NCBI GenBank assembly: GCA_965262615.1
Contig: OZ253545.1
Span: 800,001-864,000, forward strand
Length of the DNA stretch: 64,000 nucleotides
Reading direction: 5' to 3'
Source of the DNA: Alphaproteobacteria bacterium
GTDB lineage: Bacteria > Pseudomonadota > Alphaproteobacteria > GM7ARS4 > G965262615
Every line of letters starts with the position of its first letter. The stretch's first letter is position 1. The notes under the pieces were generated by a model. That model saw only the letters and a list, made by a program, of their open reading frames with translations, did no database searches and was not told where the DNA came from. A program made the position numbers and the translations under genes. Positions 10,495 to 21,055 of this stretch are shown one piece after another.

Positions 10495-10570
10495 GTCACC
10501 ATCATAGACAATGCAATGATGATTGTGAAGTTGGCATCACTGTGCTAGTGTGCGTTTCGTTGTGTGATTG

Positions 10571-11365
10571 ATGGCGACAGGAAAAACAAAAAAACGCAAT
10601 CTATCGGTGGTTCGCGAGGGACTGGCGGTTGAGCACATCACCTATGAGGTGGGTCGTCGGCGCATTGTGCGGGATGTGAGTTTGCATGTGGGGCGCGGCG
10701 AGGTGGTGGCGTTGTTGGGCCCCAATGGGGCGGGTAAGACCAGCACCTTTCATTCCATCACGGGTGTGGTGCGTCCGCGACGAGGAACGGTGTGGCTGGA
10801 TGGCTATGATGTGACGGGCTTGCCGATGTATCGCCGTTCTCGCTTGGGTCTTGGTTATTTGCCGCAGGAGTCTTCCATTTTTCGCGGCATGAGTGTCAGT
10901 GACAACATCATGGCGATTTTGGAGATTGTGGAGAGTGATGCCCTCAAGCGTCGCACCACATTGGATGAGTTGCTGGCGGAGTTTTCCATTTCGCACTTGG
11001 CGGAGGCGGAGTCTGTGTCGTTATCGGGTGGTGAGCGTCGGCGTTTGGAGATTGCTCGCTGTCTTGCGTCAGAGCCTCGCTACATGTTGTTGGATGAGCC
11101 GTTGGCGGGGATTGATCCCATTGCGGTCAATGATATTCGTCACTTGGTGGCGCGTCTGAAAAATCGGGGTCTGGGGGTTTTGATCACCGACCATAATGTG
11201 CAGGAGACCCTTGCCATCTCAGATCGCGCCTACATCATTCATGACGGCACGATTTTGCGCGAGGGCACGCCTGATGACATCATCAAGGATGAGACCGTTC
11301 GCAGCGTGTATTTGGGTGATGATTTCTCGCCGTCTCATTTTGCCACTCTTCGTGCTCGGCGGTGA
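10571..11365 (+). CDS. lptB: LPS export ABC transporter ATPase
   Basis: GPNGAGKT, YLPQESSIFR, LSGGERRRLEIAR, LLDEP, LITDHNV. Confidence 0.97.
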   Translation: MATGKTKKRNLSVVREGLAVEHITYEVGRRRIVRDVSLHVGRGEVVALLGPNGAGKTSTFHSITGVVRPRRGTVWLDGYDVTGLPMYRRSRLGLGYLPQESSIFRGMSVSDNIMAILEIVESDALKRRTTLDELLAEFSISHLAEAESVSLSGGERRRLEIARCLASEPRYMLLDEPLAGIDPIAVNDIRHLVARLKNRGLGVLITDHNVQETLAISDRAYIIHDGTILREGTPDDIIKDETVRSVYLGDDFSPSHFATLRARR

Positions 11366-12663
11366 GTGGGGGTTCGGTTGTTTTAGCGGCACCGTCTTCC
11401 CATCAGGGCAAGACTTCTGTGACATTGGCATTGATTGCGGCGTGGAAGAGGCGCGAGCTGCGCGTGGGCGCATGCAAGGTGGGTCCTGACTATATTGATA
11501 GCGGATTGCATCGGCGCGTGGGAGCGGATGTCACAATTAATTTGGACCTGTGGGCGATGCGCGATGAGGTGTGCCGTCATGGATGGCACGAGTTGGAGGA
11601 TGCCAGCGATCGCATCGTGGTGGAAGGCGTGATGGGATTGTTTGACAAAGGCGGCAGAGGCTGCTGCACCGCCGATGTGGCGGCGTATTTGGGGTTGGGG
11701 GTGATTTTGGTGGTGGATGCCGCCCACATGGCGCAATCGGCTGCCGCCTTGCTGGAAGGATTTGCTCACCACAGAGACGATTGCGCGGTGCGGGGGGTGA
11801 TTTTCAATCGCGTGGGCAGTGCCCGCCATGGGTCTTATTTGCGTGAGGCGGCTCATAGTGCCAATGTGCCGTTGTTGGGATTGTTGCCGTCCGAGCCATC
11901 CATTGCCATTGCGTCTCGCCATCTGGGATTGCATCAGGGGCATGAGATGTCCGACCGCTTGGTGCACGATTTGGCTCACTGGCTGGAGAGCAACGCCGAT
12001 GTGTCCGCCATTGAAAAAACGAGTGATTCATCGTCACTGAGTGGGTCATCATCTCACCACAAGTCGTTGGTGTCTCTTTGTGATGTGAGTCATGTGGCGG
12101 TGGCGCGCGATGAGGCGTTTTCTTTTTGTTATGAGTGGCTCACGCGCGGTTGGCAGCGGGCGGGCATGCGCGTCTCTCACTTTTCGCCGTTGGCGGGCGA
12201 GATGCCTCATAAAGATTGTGATGCGGTGATGCTGGTGGGCGGCTATCCCGAGCATCACTTGGAGGCATTGGGGGATGGTTTTTTCGCCACCATGAGGGAG
12301 CTCGCGGCGCGCGGCGTTCCCATTTATGGGGAGTGTGGCGGATTTATGGTTCTGGGGCGCAGTGTGACCGATGGCGATGGGGTGCGTCATGAGATGGCGA
12401 ATTTGTTGCCTGTGGATTTCTCGTTCGTCTCGCCGCGCCGTTCATTGGGCTATCGCCGTTGTCGGTTGGTGCATGATTGTTTTTTGGGGACGAAGGGCAG
12501 GGTGTTGCGGGGGCATGAGTTTCATTACGGACGCATCACCCATCAAGAGGGTGCGCCGCTTTTTCGCATGGAACACGATGACGGCGAAGGCTGGCATGAT
12601 GCTGGTTGTCGGGTGGGGTCGGTGATGGGGAGTTTTTTTCATTTGATAGATTTTGAATCGTGA
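11362..12663 (+). CDS. cobB: Cobyrinate a,c-diamide synthase
   Basis: GKT, KVGPDYID, VEGVMGLFD, SRHLGL, GGYPE, ECGGFM, GHEFHY. Confidence 0.93.
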   Translation: MSGGSVVLAAPSSHQGKTSVTLALIAAWKRRELRVGACKVGPDYIDSGLHRRVGADVTINLDLWAMRDEVCRHGWHELEDASDRIVVEGVMGLFDKGGRGCCTADVAAYLGLGVILVVDAAHMAQSAAALLEGFAHHRDDCAVRGVIFNRVGSARHGSYLREAAHSANVPLLGLLPSEPSIAIASRHLGLHQGHEMSDRLVHDLAHWLESNADVSAIEKTSDSSSLSGSSSHHKSLVSLCDVSHVAVARDEAFSFCYEWLTRGWQRAGMRVSHFSPLAGEMPHKDCDAVMLVGGYPEHHLEALGDGFFATMRELAARGVPIYGECGGFMVLGRSVTDGDGVRHEMANLLPVDFSFVSPRRSLGYRRCRLVHDCFLGTKGRVLRGHEFHYGRITHQEGAPLFRMEHDDGEGWHDAGCRVGSVMGSFFHLIDFES

Positions 12664-12705
12664 TTGCGGTATGATGGTGGGTGATTCAACGACAAAAGGG
12701 AGGCG

Positions 12706-13662
12706 ATGATGGCAAAAGCAACGAAACTGGCTCTGGTGGGAGCGGGGCAGATTGGTGGCACACTGGCGCACTTGGCGGCGCAGGATGTGTTTGATGAGAT
12801 TGCCCTTTATGACATCGCGGGGGATATGGCGCGCGGCAAGGCATTGGATTTGATGCAAGCCGGCGCGGTGGAAGGTTTTGAGGCACACATTCACGGCGGC
12901 GATGAGGATTCTTTGGTGCGTGATGCCGATGTGGTGATTGTCACTTCGGGCTTGCCGCGCAAACCCGGCATGAGCCGCGATGATTTGATTGAAAGCAATT
13001 GTGCCATCATCAAAAAAGTGGGGGCGTTGATTAAGACGCAATCCCCCAAGGCGTTTGTGATTGTGGTGACCAATCCGTTGGATGTGATGGTGTGGGTGAT
13101 GCGGCAGGTGACGGGTTTTCCTCATGCACGAGTTGTGGGCATGGCGGGCGTTTTGGACTCGGCGCGTTTTGCTCATTTTTTGAGCGCAGCTCTGGGCATC
13201 GCCAAGAATGATATTTCCTGCACGGTGCTAGGCGGGCATGGTGATTTGATGGTGCCCCTCATCGGTTATTCATCGGCTGGGGGTGTCTCGCTGGATGAAT
13301 GGGTGCACAGCGGGCGGTTGCCACAGGATGTTTTGGATGGCATCATTGAACGCACGCGCGGCGGCGGCGGTGAGATTGTCAAACTGCTGGGGACCGGTTC
13401 GGCGTTTTATGCGCCCGCAGCATCGGCGTTGCGCATGGCGCGAGCGTTTGTCCGAGACGAAAAACGCCTGCTCACCGCGGCGGCATGGCTAAGAGATGCT
13501 TATGGCGAGCGCGATGTTTATGCCGGCGTTCCGGTTACAATTGGTGCGGGTGGCGTTGAGCAAATCGTCCAGCTGAGCCTCAGTGACACGGAGCAAGCGG
13601 CATTCAAACAATCGGTGGCGGCGGTGCGAGAATTAGTTGCCGTTGCCGAAAAAATGATATAA
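12706..13662 (+). CDS. mdh: Malate dehydrogenase
   Basis: GAGQIG, PRKPGMSRDDL, TNPLD, LDSARF, GGHGD. Confidence 0.97.
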   Translation: MMAKATKLALVGAGQIGGTLAHLAAQDVFDEIALYDIAGDMARGKALDLMQAGAVEGFEAHIHGGDEDSLVRDADVVIVTSGLPRKPGMSRDDLIESNCAIIKKVGALIKTQSPKAFVIVVTNPLDVMVWVMRQVTGFPHARVVGMAGVLDSARFAHFLSAALGIAKNDISCTVLGGHGDLMVPLIGYSSAGGVSLDEWVHSGRLPQDVLDGIIERTRGGGGEIVKLLGTGSAFYAPAASALRMARAFVRDEKRLLTAAAWLRDAYGERDVYAGVPVTIGAGGVEQIVQLSLSDTEQAAFKQSVAAVRELVAVAEKMI

Positions 13663-13674
13663 AAAGGATTCATC

Positions 13675-14838
13675 ATGACTGTTATTACCAGACCCGCTAT
13701 TGAAGTAACGCAGGGCAGATACAAATTGTATCTGACATCCTTTACTGCCGAGCATTTTAACATGGCTGATTTTTATGATGTTAAGAAATTAAATATTGAC
13801 GCAGAAGGTGGCTATCAAAGAGGTTTGCAAGAAACGCGCGTCAAAAGGTTTGTTACAGACATTGTCCGAGCCTCTCACGATTCGAGGGCAGCTACCGAAG
13901 ATAATAATTTCGGGTCGTGCTTTTATCCCACATCGGTTTTTTTGACAACAGAACATGATGTGAAATATGACGATGAGAAGAGAGAAATATTATTTGACAC
14001 AAGCATTTGTCCTTTCAACATTGTGGATGGTCAGCATCGTGTGGAGGCTTTGCGGAAAGCCAGTAACGGGAATACCGCTTTGGATGATTTTCCCATGCCC
14101 GTCACACTGGCAACCAACCTCAAGGAAGTGGAACAAATGCTTCAATTTTTGATTGTGAATAGCCAACAAAAGAAGGTTGAAAAAGGAGTGGAGCAACACA
14201 TTTATGCGCGTTTATGCGATATGCAAACACTTAAACCAATGCCTTTTTTGCCAGGAGTGGTGGAAAGAGAAGTAGGAAAGGGCTTATATCGTGAGTGTTT
14301 TGACATTGTCAAATTTCTGAATAATGAAGAAACTTCTCCTTGGAAAGGAAAAATTGTCATGGCTGATGATGACCCTAAAAAGAAAGGTGTTAAACAAGCT
14401 GCGTTTGTGGGTAGTTTGAAAAGGTATATTTTTGCCCAAGGCAACCTTTTGCATGAGAAAAAGGATGATATTCGTTATGTGAAAAATTTTCTTTTGAACT
14501 ACTGGATCGCTTTAACCGAATTCGCATCTCGGGACATTCGTATTGAGTCTGATTCAAATATTTTCAAAACAAATGGACTAAACTTTTTTCATGAAATTTC
14601 TAGCCTTTTTGCAGAAAAGTGCTTGAATAATGATGATGCGACAGTCCCCACAATTAGAGGATATTTTGAGGGGGTGAACGACTGTGCGTTGGAATTGGGA
14701 AATGAAAAGGTGGTAAAATTGATGGCATCTGCAAATTGGGCGAAAGGTGGTGAATTTGGTAAATTGAATCTAGGGGGCATTAGGGGCAAGGCTAGTGAAT
14801 ATAGTGCAATTTTTAAGAGTTGGGATTTAGGATTCTAG
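13675..14838 (+). CDS. DGQHR-domain protein (DndB/ParB-like superfamily)
   Basis: GYQR.L...R, YPTSV, IVDGQHR, QFLIVN..QKKV motifs; AT-rich; AAAGGA SD directly after the mdh stop. Confidence 0.9.
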   Translation: MTVITRPAIEVTQGRYKLYLTSFTAEHFNMADFYDVKKLNIDAEGGYQRGLQETRVKRFVTDIVRASHDSRAATEDNNFGSCFYPTSVFLTTEHDVKYDDEKREILFDTSICPFNIVDGQHRVEALRKASNGNTALDDFPMPVTLATNLKEVEQMLQFLIVNSQQKKVEKGVEQHIYARLCDMQTLKPMPFLPGVVEREVGKGLYRECFDIVKFLNNEETSPWKGKIVMADDDPKKKGVKQAAFVGSLKRYIFAQGNLLHEKKDDIRYVKNFLLNYWIALTEFASRDIRIESDSNIFKTNGLNFFHEISSLFAEKCLNNDDATVPTIRGYFEGVNDCALELGNEKVVKLMASANWAKGGEFGKLNLGGIRGKASEYSAIFKSWDLGF

Positions 14839-14854
14839 GCAGTGAGCTCAACCT

Positions 14855-15196
14855 TTGAATATTGCTAATTTAACCCCTCAAGTTGAGCACAAAGTATCCT
14901 TTAGTGGCAGAGAGCTTTTGTCCGTTCCTAAAGAGGCGGGTTGCTATGTGCTGACCAATTTTAGTGGTGAGATTTTTTATATTGGTAGGGCTAAAGATTT
15001 GTGCAGACGCATGGCACAGCATTTAGAAAATCCAAAGATGAGACAGCGAATTACTGCAGGCAAGGCAACTCAATTCCACTATCGCTTGTGTGAGGTCAAA
15101 GAGCTTCCCTATCTTGAAAGAGGCTGGATGAACGAGTATAGAATGAATAATGGTGGCAGGTTGCCCCCTTTTAATGAGGTGGATGCTGCCATCTAA
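14855..15196 (+). CDS. GIY-YIG nuclease family protein
   Basis: P..AGCYVL...IFYIGRAKDLCRRMAQH...LE...LPPFN; TTG start. Confidence 0.85.
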   Translation: MNIANLTPQVEHKVSFSGRELLSVPKEAGCYVLTNFSGEIFYIGRAKDLCRRMAQHLENPKMRQRITAGKATQFHYRLCEVKELPYLERGWMNEYRMNNGGRLPPFNEVDAAI

Positions 15197-15223
15197 GATT
15201 TTGCCATCTAATTGGAGGTTTTT

Positions 15224-16393
15224 ATGAATGTTCATGAATATCAGGCGAAACGCCTGCTTGGTCAGTTTGATGTTCCCACGCCTGTTGGGGATGTTGCTTA
15301 CAACACGCATGAGGCGGAGCGCATTGCCAATTGGCTTGATGAGGATGTGATGGTGGTGAAGGCTCAGATTCATGCTGGGGGGCGTGGTTTGGGCGGTGGT
15401 GTCAAGGTGGTGAAATCGGTGGCGGATGTGGTGAAGTCTGCCGATGCCATGTTTGGCATGATGCTCAAAACTCCGCAAACGCCGCCTGAGGGCAAGAAAG
15501 TGCGGCGCGTTTATATTGAAAAGGGGGTTAATATAGACAAGGAGATTTATTTTTGCGTTGTGGTCAATAGGGCAACGGGCGGGGTGGACATCATCGCCAG
15601 CAAGGAAGGCGGCATGGACATTGAGGAAATCGCTCAAAAGAAACCCAAGTCAATCATGAAGGTGTCGTTGCCTGCGGGGGCGCGTCTTGCCTCGCACCAT
15701 GTGCGCCGTCTGTGCTACGGGCTGGGGCTCGGCGGACGCTTGGGACGCAAGGCACAAAAAACCATGCTGAATATTTGGCGCGCCTATGACAATCTGGATG
15801 CCTCCATGCTGGAGATCAATCCACTGGTCACCACCAAAGAGGAGGAGGTCTTTGCTCTGGACTGCAAGGCGGACTTTGACGACAATGCTCTGTTTCGTCA
15901 ACGGCGGGTGGAAGAAATGCGTGATGATGACGAAATGGACCCCCTTGAGCTGGAAGCCGCGCGTCACAATCTCAACTATGTGAAGCTGAACGGCAGCATT
16001 GGGCTCATGGTCAATGGCGCGGGACTCTCAATGGCAACGATGGACATCATTGAGAGCATGGGGGGCAAGGCGGCAAACTTCATGGATGTGGCAGGAGCGG
16101 CAACCTCGGAGCGTGTCGCCGCCGCATTCAAACTGATTTATCGCGATGCCGATGTCAAAGGTATTCTCATCAACATTTTTGGCGGCATGATGCGCTGCAA
16201 CTCCATCGCCGAAGGCTTGGTCGCCGCCGCCGGCGAGGTGGGGCTGGAGAAACCGCTGGTGGTGCGTCTGGAGGGAACAAATGTGGATTTGGGACGCAAA
16301 ATCCTCAAGGACTCGCCCTATCCCATAGAACCAGTCGCCACCATGTACGAGGCGGCGGAGAAAATCGTGAACGCCGTCAAAAAAGGAGGCTGA
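15224..16393 (+). CDS. sucC: Succinyl-CoA ligase beta subunit
   Basis: [34 protein letters not shown]; GGAGG SD. Confidence 0.97.
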   Translation: MNVHEYQAKRLLGQFDVPTPVGDVAYNTHEAERIANWLDEDVMVVKAQIHAGGRGLGGGVKVVKSVADVVKSADAMFGMMLKTPQTPPEGKKVRRVYIEKGVNIDKEIYFCVVVNRATGGVDIIASKEGGMDIEEIAQKKPKSIMKVSLPAGARLASHHVRRLCYGLGLGGRLGRKAQKTMLNIWRAYDNLDASMLEINPLVTTKEEEVFALDCKADFDDNALFRQRRVEEMRDDDEMDPLELEAARHNLNYVKLNGSIGLMVNGAGLSMATMDIIESMGGKAANFMDVAGAATSERVAAAFKLIYRDADVKGILINIFGGMMRCNSIAEGLVAAAGEVGLEKPLVVRLEGTNVDLGRKILKDSPYPIEPVATMYEAAEKIVNAVKKGG

Positions 16394-16394
16394 C

Positions 16395-17273
16395 ATGGCT
16401 ATTTTACTGGACAAAAACACCAAGATTATTTGTCAGGGCTTCACGGGAGCGCAAGGGACATTTCACTCACAGCAGGCGTTGGATTATGGAACGAATTTGG
16501 TGGGCGGCGTGACGCCCGACAAAGGCGGCAGCAAACACTTGGGACTGCCCGTCTTCAACACGGTGGAAGAGGCGGTGGAGAAAACAGGATGCACCGCAAC
16601 GGGCGTTTTTGTGCCGCCACCCTTTGCCGCCGATGCCATCTTGGAGGCGGTGGAGGCTGAGCTGGAACTGGTGGTGTGCATCACCGATGGTGTGCCGGTC
16701 AGCGATATGCAACGAGTCAAAAGTGCCCTTGTGGGCAAAAAAACCCGCCTCGTGGGACCCAATTGTCCGGGCGTTTTGACTCCTGATGTGGGCAAAATCG
16801 GCATCATACCAGGGCATATTTGTCAAAAAGGACGGGTGGGAGTGATTTCTCGCTCCGGCACATTGTCTTATGAGGCGGCGGTGCAGACCAGTCAGTCGGG
16901 GCTGGGGCAATCCACCATCATTGGCATTGGCGGTGACCCTGTCAATGGCACGAACTATGTGGATGCCTTTGAACTCTTCATGCAGGATGATGAAACCGAT
17001 GCCATCATCATCATTGGCGAGATTGGCGGTGTGCCAGAGATCAATGTGGCGCATTATATCAAGGACTTGGGCAAAAAATCCAAACCTGTGGCGGCGTTTG
17101 TCGCAGGGGCTGCCGCACCGCCAGGAAGACGATTGGGACACGCAGGGGCAATCGTCTCGTCTGACGATGAAACCGCTCAAGCCAAAAAAGAAGCTTTGCG
17201 TTCCGCAGGCGCAGTGGTGGCTGATATCATCACCGATATCGGCAAAGCCATGCGCCAAGCGATGAACTCATAA
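16395..17273 (+). CDS. sucD: Succinyl-CoA ligase alpha subunit
   Basis: [25 protein letters not shown]. Confidence 0.98.
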   Translation: MAILLDKNTKIICQGFTGAQGTFHSQQALDYGTNLVGGVTPDKGGSKHLGLPVFNTVEEAVEKTGCTATGVFVPPPFAADAILEAVEAELELVVCITDGVPVSDMQRVKSALVGKKTRLVGPNCPGVLTPDVGKIGIIPGHICQKGRVGVISRSGTLSYEAAVQTSQSGLGQSTIIGIGGDPVNGTNYVDAFELFMQDDETDAIIIIGEIGGVPEINVAHYIKDLGKKSKPVAAFVAGAAAPPGRRLGHAGAIVSSDDETAQAKKEALRSAGAVVADIITDIGKAMRQAMNS

Positions 17274-17291
17274 CTCAAGAGGAGACACACC

Positions 17292-17816
17292 ATGAAAGCG
17301 CACGCCCTTATTTCTTACATGGGACCCGATAAACCCACGCTTATTTCTTCCATCATTGCGTTGCTGGAGGAGCTGGGCGGCAGCTTTGGTGATGTCACAT
17401 TTGCCACTTTGGGTGAGGCGGGGGAGCTCACCTTTATCTACGAAATGCCCGATGGACTTGAGGTGGATGCGCTCAGAGGCCAATTAGAATCACTGAGTGT
17501 GTTGCAAAGCGGCACGGTGCGGGTGGAATCGTTTGCTTTGAAGGCGGAGAAGGGCCCCACCAGCCGCATCACCCATCGCATTGTGTTGTCTGGCGAGGAT
17601 CGCTCTGGACTGCTCAAAAGCATTATTGATGTGTTGGACAAACACGGTGCGGTGATTGTGCGCATGAATGCCGAGCGACTGCACGGAGCGACAACGGTGC
17701 GCTATGCGGCGCGCATTGCACTGTCGGTGCGCGAGGAGCGCGCCCCTGATTGCCTCAGTGACATGGCGCGCCTTGCGGCTTCTCTCAATATGACCTTGCG
17801 CTACGAGACCGCCTGA
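17292..17816 (+). CDS. Two-ACT-domain protein (GcvR-like)
   Basis: GPDKPTLI and GEDRSGLL ACT starts; AGGAG SD. Confidence 0.8.
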   Translation: MKAHALISYMGPDKPTLISSIIALLEELGGSFGDVTFATLGEAGELTFIYEMPDGLEVDALRGQLESLSVLQSGTVRVESFALKAEKGPTSRITHRIVLSGEDRSGLLKSIIDVLDKHGAVIVRMNAERLHGATTVRYAARIALSVREERAPDCLSDMARLAASLNMTLRYETA

Positions 17817-18867
17817 AGCGTTTGGCTTGCCAGCTTGTTTTCAGCAACAGATGATGCAACACAATATGCCCCCATGAGGGCGAGTGGCTTTTGAGTTGTT
17901 CTTCAAGGGCGAGCCATTCTGTCATCACGGCGGTGAGGGTGTCATTGTCCCATAGCTGCCATGTGCGCCTGAAGGCTGCTTTTTGTTTGAAAAAAACGGG
18001 GGGTTTGATGGATGACAGTGCCTCCTCCAAACTCATGCCGTCCGCCATCAAATGATAGCCATCCTGCAGACGGCGCAGATGATAGAGCACAAGGCGCACC
18101 AGCTGAATATGGTCATCGTGCGGCACATGATGCACCCGCACATCCTTCCACTGTCCCAGCATGATGGCATGAGGCAATCGCTCCAAAGACGAAGGAACGC
18201 CATGATGAACCGACAGACACGCCACCACATCGCTTTCGCTCACCTCTTTGGTGTCGTGAGCATAGAGCATCACCATATCTAAAAATCCTAAGAGGTCATC
18301 GCGATTGTCGCTTTTGAGTGCCAGCAATTGACGAGAAGCATCAGGATGAATCGTTTTATCATGTTTTGCGGCGTGTTCTCGCAAGAGGTCGGAGAGGGTG
18401 CGCTCGGAATCTTCGTAACAACCGATGGCGATGAGGTTTTTTTTGTCTTTTTCAAACAGTTGGCGAAGAGGCGAGCGCGGCGCAAGGGCATCGGCTTTGA
18501 CAATCACAGGATGCAGCATATGAGGCAACGCTTTGCGAATGGCTTGAGCCGTGGGACTGTCGGCATCATGAGCGGCATCAATCATGACAAGGCGGGCGTC
18601 CCCAAAAAGTGATGGCATGGCACTTTCCATCTCCAGCCATGCGGCAAGGTCATCCACTTCAGCCGCGCGGCATGAAACAAAGCGCATGGGATCGCTCGTA
18701 ACTTCTTGCAGAGCATCCCGTGACGGCAGTGACAATTGATGCATCGCCCATTCATCACAGCAGCTGCGCGCCAATCCGTGATTGACGCCAAACGCCAACA
18801 AGGATTTCACCTCGCCCGCTGCGGTGCGACGGCAATGGTCGCGCAATTGGTAGGATTTCACTTGCAT
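17785..18867 (-). CDS. holA: DNA polymerase III delta subunit
   Basis: SLFG..RLV, SPLRQLFEK, IGCYED, PPVFFKQK; follows lptE. Confidence 0.88.
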   Translation of the reverse strand: MQVKSYQLRDHCRRTAAGEVKSLLAFGVNHGLARSCCDEWAMHQLSLPSRDALQEVTSDPMRFVSCRAAEVDDLAAWLEMESAMPSLFGDARLVMIDAAHDADSPTAQAIRKALPHMLHPVIVKADALAPRSPLRQLFEKDKKNLIAIGCYEDSERTLSDLLREHAAKHDKTIHPDASRQLLALKSDNRDDLLGFLDMVMLYAHDTKEVSESDVVACLSVHHGVPSSLERLPHAIMLGQWKDVRVHHVPHDDHIQLVRLVLYHLRRLQDGYHLMADGMSLEEALSSIKPPVFFKQKAAFRRTWQLWDNDTLTAVMTEWLALEEQLKSHSPSWGHIVLHHLLLKTSWQAKRFRRSRSARSY

Positions 18868-19337
18868 CAGATGGGATCAATGGTGTGAAGCAATTGCATG
18901 GTGATGCGACTGGCAAGGATGGTCAATAGGTGTTCTCGCAATCGCTGTTTTGCGTGAGAGTCGGCATAGCTGGTGCTGCCAATGCGATAGGTGGCACTCT
19001 CATGCAGCTGGCGTTTGATGACGATGCGTGTTCCTTGGCGCAAAACCACATCGGCAGAGATGATTAATTCACTGCCACGCGCCGATGTGTTGGGCTGAAT
19101 GAATAGTGACTGTGACCTCTCACGCAAAGAAATATCCAACCGATAGGGGGCATCGGGGTGAATGTTGAGTTGCCGATCCAATTGCCCTGCCAAAAAAAGA
19201 TGATGGTCATCATTGTTGGGTGTGAGGGCGATGACCACATTCTTTTTGCGCAATGAATCGCCATAGAGGGGTGTCAGGCTGCAGCCAGCCATCACCAGCG
19301 AAGGCAACAGGACAATCAGTGAGCGGATGACAGGCAT
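18867..19337 (-). CDS. lptE: LPS assembly lipoprotein LptE
   Basis: Lipobox MAGC followed by LTPLYG; directly upstream of holA. Confidence 0.75.
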   Translation of the reverse strand: MPVIRSLIVLLPSLVMAGCSLTPLYGDSLRKKNVVIALTPNNDDHHLFLAGQLDRQLNIHPDAPYRLDISLRERSQSLFIQPNTSARGSELIISADVVLRQGTRIVIKRQLHESATYRIGSTSYADSHAKQRLREHLLTILASRITMQLLHTIDPI

Positions 19338-19969
19338 TGTTTCATAAATTGTTGTGCCCGCACAATGATGGCATCATTGATGCCATGACCAAGACCGTGT
19401 TCCAACAGACTGGCAACCGCAATCCCACTGGCTTTGAGCTGAGATTCGGCATCATGCATATGGGTGTAGGCAATGAGGGGGTCGTCACTGCCATGGGTCA
19501 GCAAAACAGGTGGATAGTGGGGCATGGGCGGTGGTGGCTCTGCCAAAATGGACGAAAAACTCATAATCCCCGCCACAGGTGATGCACGCCGCAGGCCCAC
19601 ATGCAATGCCAACATTCCTCCTTGGGAAAAACCGCTCACAATCAAATCGGAGGCATTCAGCTCATAATAGGTGAGCAATTCGTCAAGGTATTGATTGACC
19701 AGCGGCGCACTTGCCGTGAGCAATGACACAATGGCACTGGGTTCTAATCCTTGCGTGAGACTAAACCATTGCCTGCCCATTCCGCCTTCATGAGGGTGTG
19801 GCGCATCAGGAGAGACAAACAGGGTATCGGGAAAATGACGCTGCCAAAAAGTCACTAACCCCAGCAAGTCGTTGCCGTCAGCTCCATAGCCGTGCAACAG
19901 CACCACCAGCGAGCGCGGACGGCTCAAGGAGGAAGGCGCATGGTGGGTGACAAGAGAAAATGATGACAT
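19316..19969 (-). CDS. Phospholipase/carboxylesterase (alpha/beta hydrolase)
   Basis: LLHGYGADG, GFSQG, HGSDDPLI, GHGI catalytic motifs. Confidence 0.92.
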   Translation of the reverse strand: MSSFSLVTHHAPSSLSRPRSLVVLLHGYGADGNDLLGLVTFWQRHFPDTLFVSPDAPHPHEGGMGRQWFSLTQGLEPSAIVSLLTASAPLVNQYLDELLTYYELNASDLIVSGFSQGGMLALHVGLRRASPVAGIMSFSSILAEPPPPMPHYPPVLLTHGSDDPLIAYTHMHDAESQLKASGIAVASLLEHGLGHGINDAIIVRAQQFMKQCLSSAH

Positions 19970-20033
19970 GGTCTTTTGCTTACCTTGCTTTATCATACGC
20001 AAATGATTATGTCATCTATCAGGAGGCAAAAGG

Positions 20034-20405
20034 ATGGAATCATTACAGATGTATCATAATCCCAATTGCGGGACATCTCGGGGCATTTTGGCACACCTGC
20101 GAGCGCGTGGCATTGAGCCCACCATTGTGCTGTACATGAATGACCCTCCCAGCAAAGAGACACTGCTTTCACTGCTCGCCAAGATGGATGAGGTGCGTCC
20201 CGCCCATGCCATTTTGCGCCGCCGTGAAAAGCTCTGTAGCGAGATGGGGCTGGAGGGCGATGATGTCAGTGAGGAGGCGTTGATTGAGGCAATGGTGGGC
20301 AATCCAGTATTGATTCAGCGTCCCATTTTGATCAAGGGGGATCGCGCCGTGCTGGCGCGTCAAGCCGAAGTGGTGGATGACTTTTTGGATGAGGTGCTGG
20401 AATGA
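20034..20405 (+). CDS. arsC: Arsenate reductase (glutaredoxin-dependent ArsC family)
   Basis: YHNPNCGTSR and LIQRPI motifs. Confidence 0.88.
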   Translation: MESLQMYHNPNCGTSRGILAHLRARGIEPTIVLYMNDPPSKETLLSLLAKMDEVRPAHAILRRREKLCSEMGLEGDDVSEEALIEAMVGNPVLIQRPILIKGDRAVLARQAEVVDDFLDEVLE

Positions 20406-21046
20406 ACAAAACCGAACGCCGCATTGCCGCCAAGAAGCGCAAAGCCGATGCGGCGCGCGGGATTGCTCCGCAACGCTCTTCTGAGACGCGCTTGCCGCCG
20501 GGGCAGCATCTGGTGGCGCAATTTCCCGTCTTGGATTTAGGTATTCAGCCCGCCATTGATACCGCACAGTGGCGATTGACCGTGCATGGCTTGGTGGCAC
20601 AGCCATTGGATTTGGACTGGCAGTCGTTTCATCGGTTGCCGCAAGAAGAGTTTGTGTCGGACATTCACTGTGTGACCAGTTGGTCGCGTTTTGACAATCA
20701 TTGGCGCGGCGTGGCGGTGCGTCATCTGTTGGAGTCGCTGCGTCCCATGCCTGAGGCGCGCTTTGTCTTCATTCGCTCCTCTGACAACTACACCACCAAC
20801 ATGCCCCTTGCTGACTTTGCTCACGAGCAGTGCTTGCTGGCGACTCACTGGGAAGGCAAGCCTCTCACCCGTGAGCACGGTGCACCGGTGCGTCTCATTG
20901 TGCCTCACTTATATTTGTGGAAAAGTGCCAAGTGGATCAAAGAGATCATTCTTGCCGACACCAATGAGCGCGGATTTTGGGAGCAAAACGGCTATCACAA
21001 CGATGCCAACCCGTGGGACGAACAACGATATGCGTGGCAGGAGTGA
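20402..21046 (+). CDS. Sulfite oxidase-like molybdopterin oxidoreductase
   Basis: RLPPGQ, DIHCVTSWSR, HGAPVRL, WKSAKW, GFWEQNGYH. Confidence 0.9.
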   Translation: MNKTERRIAAKKRKADAARGIAPQRSSETRLPPGQHLVAQFPVLDLGIQPAIDTAQWRLTVHGLVAQPLDLDWQSFHRLPQEEFVSDIHCVTSWSRFDNHWRGVAVRHLLESLRPMPEARFVFIRSSDNYTTNMPLADFAHEQCLLATHWEGKPLTREHGAPVRLIVPHLYLWKSAKWIKEIILADTNERGFWEQNGYHNDANPWDEQRYAWQE

Positions 21047-21055
21047 GAAGCGGTG

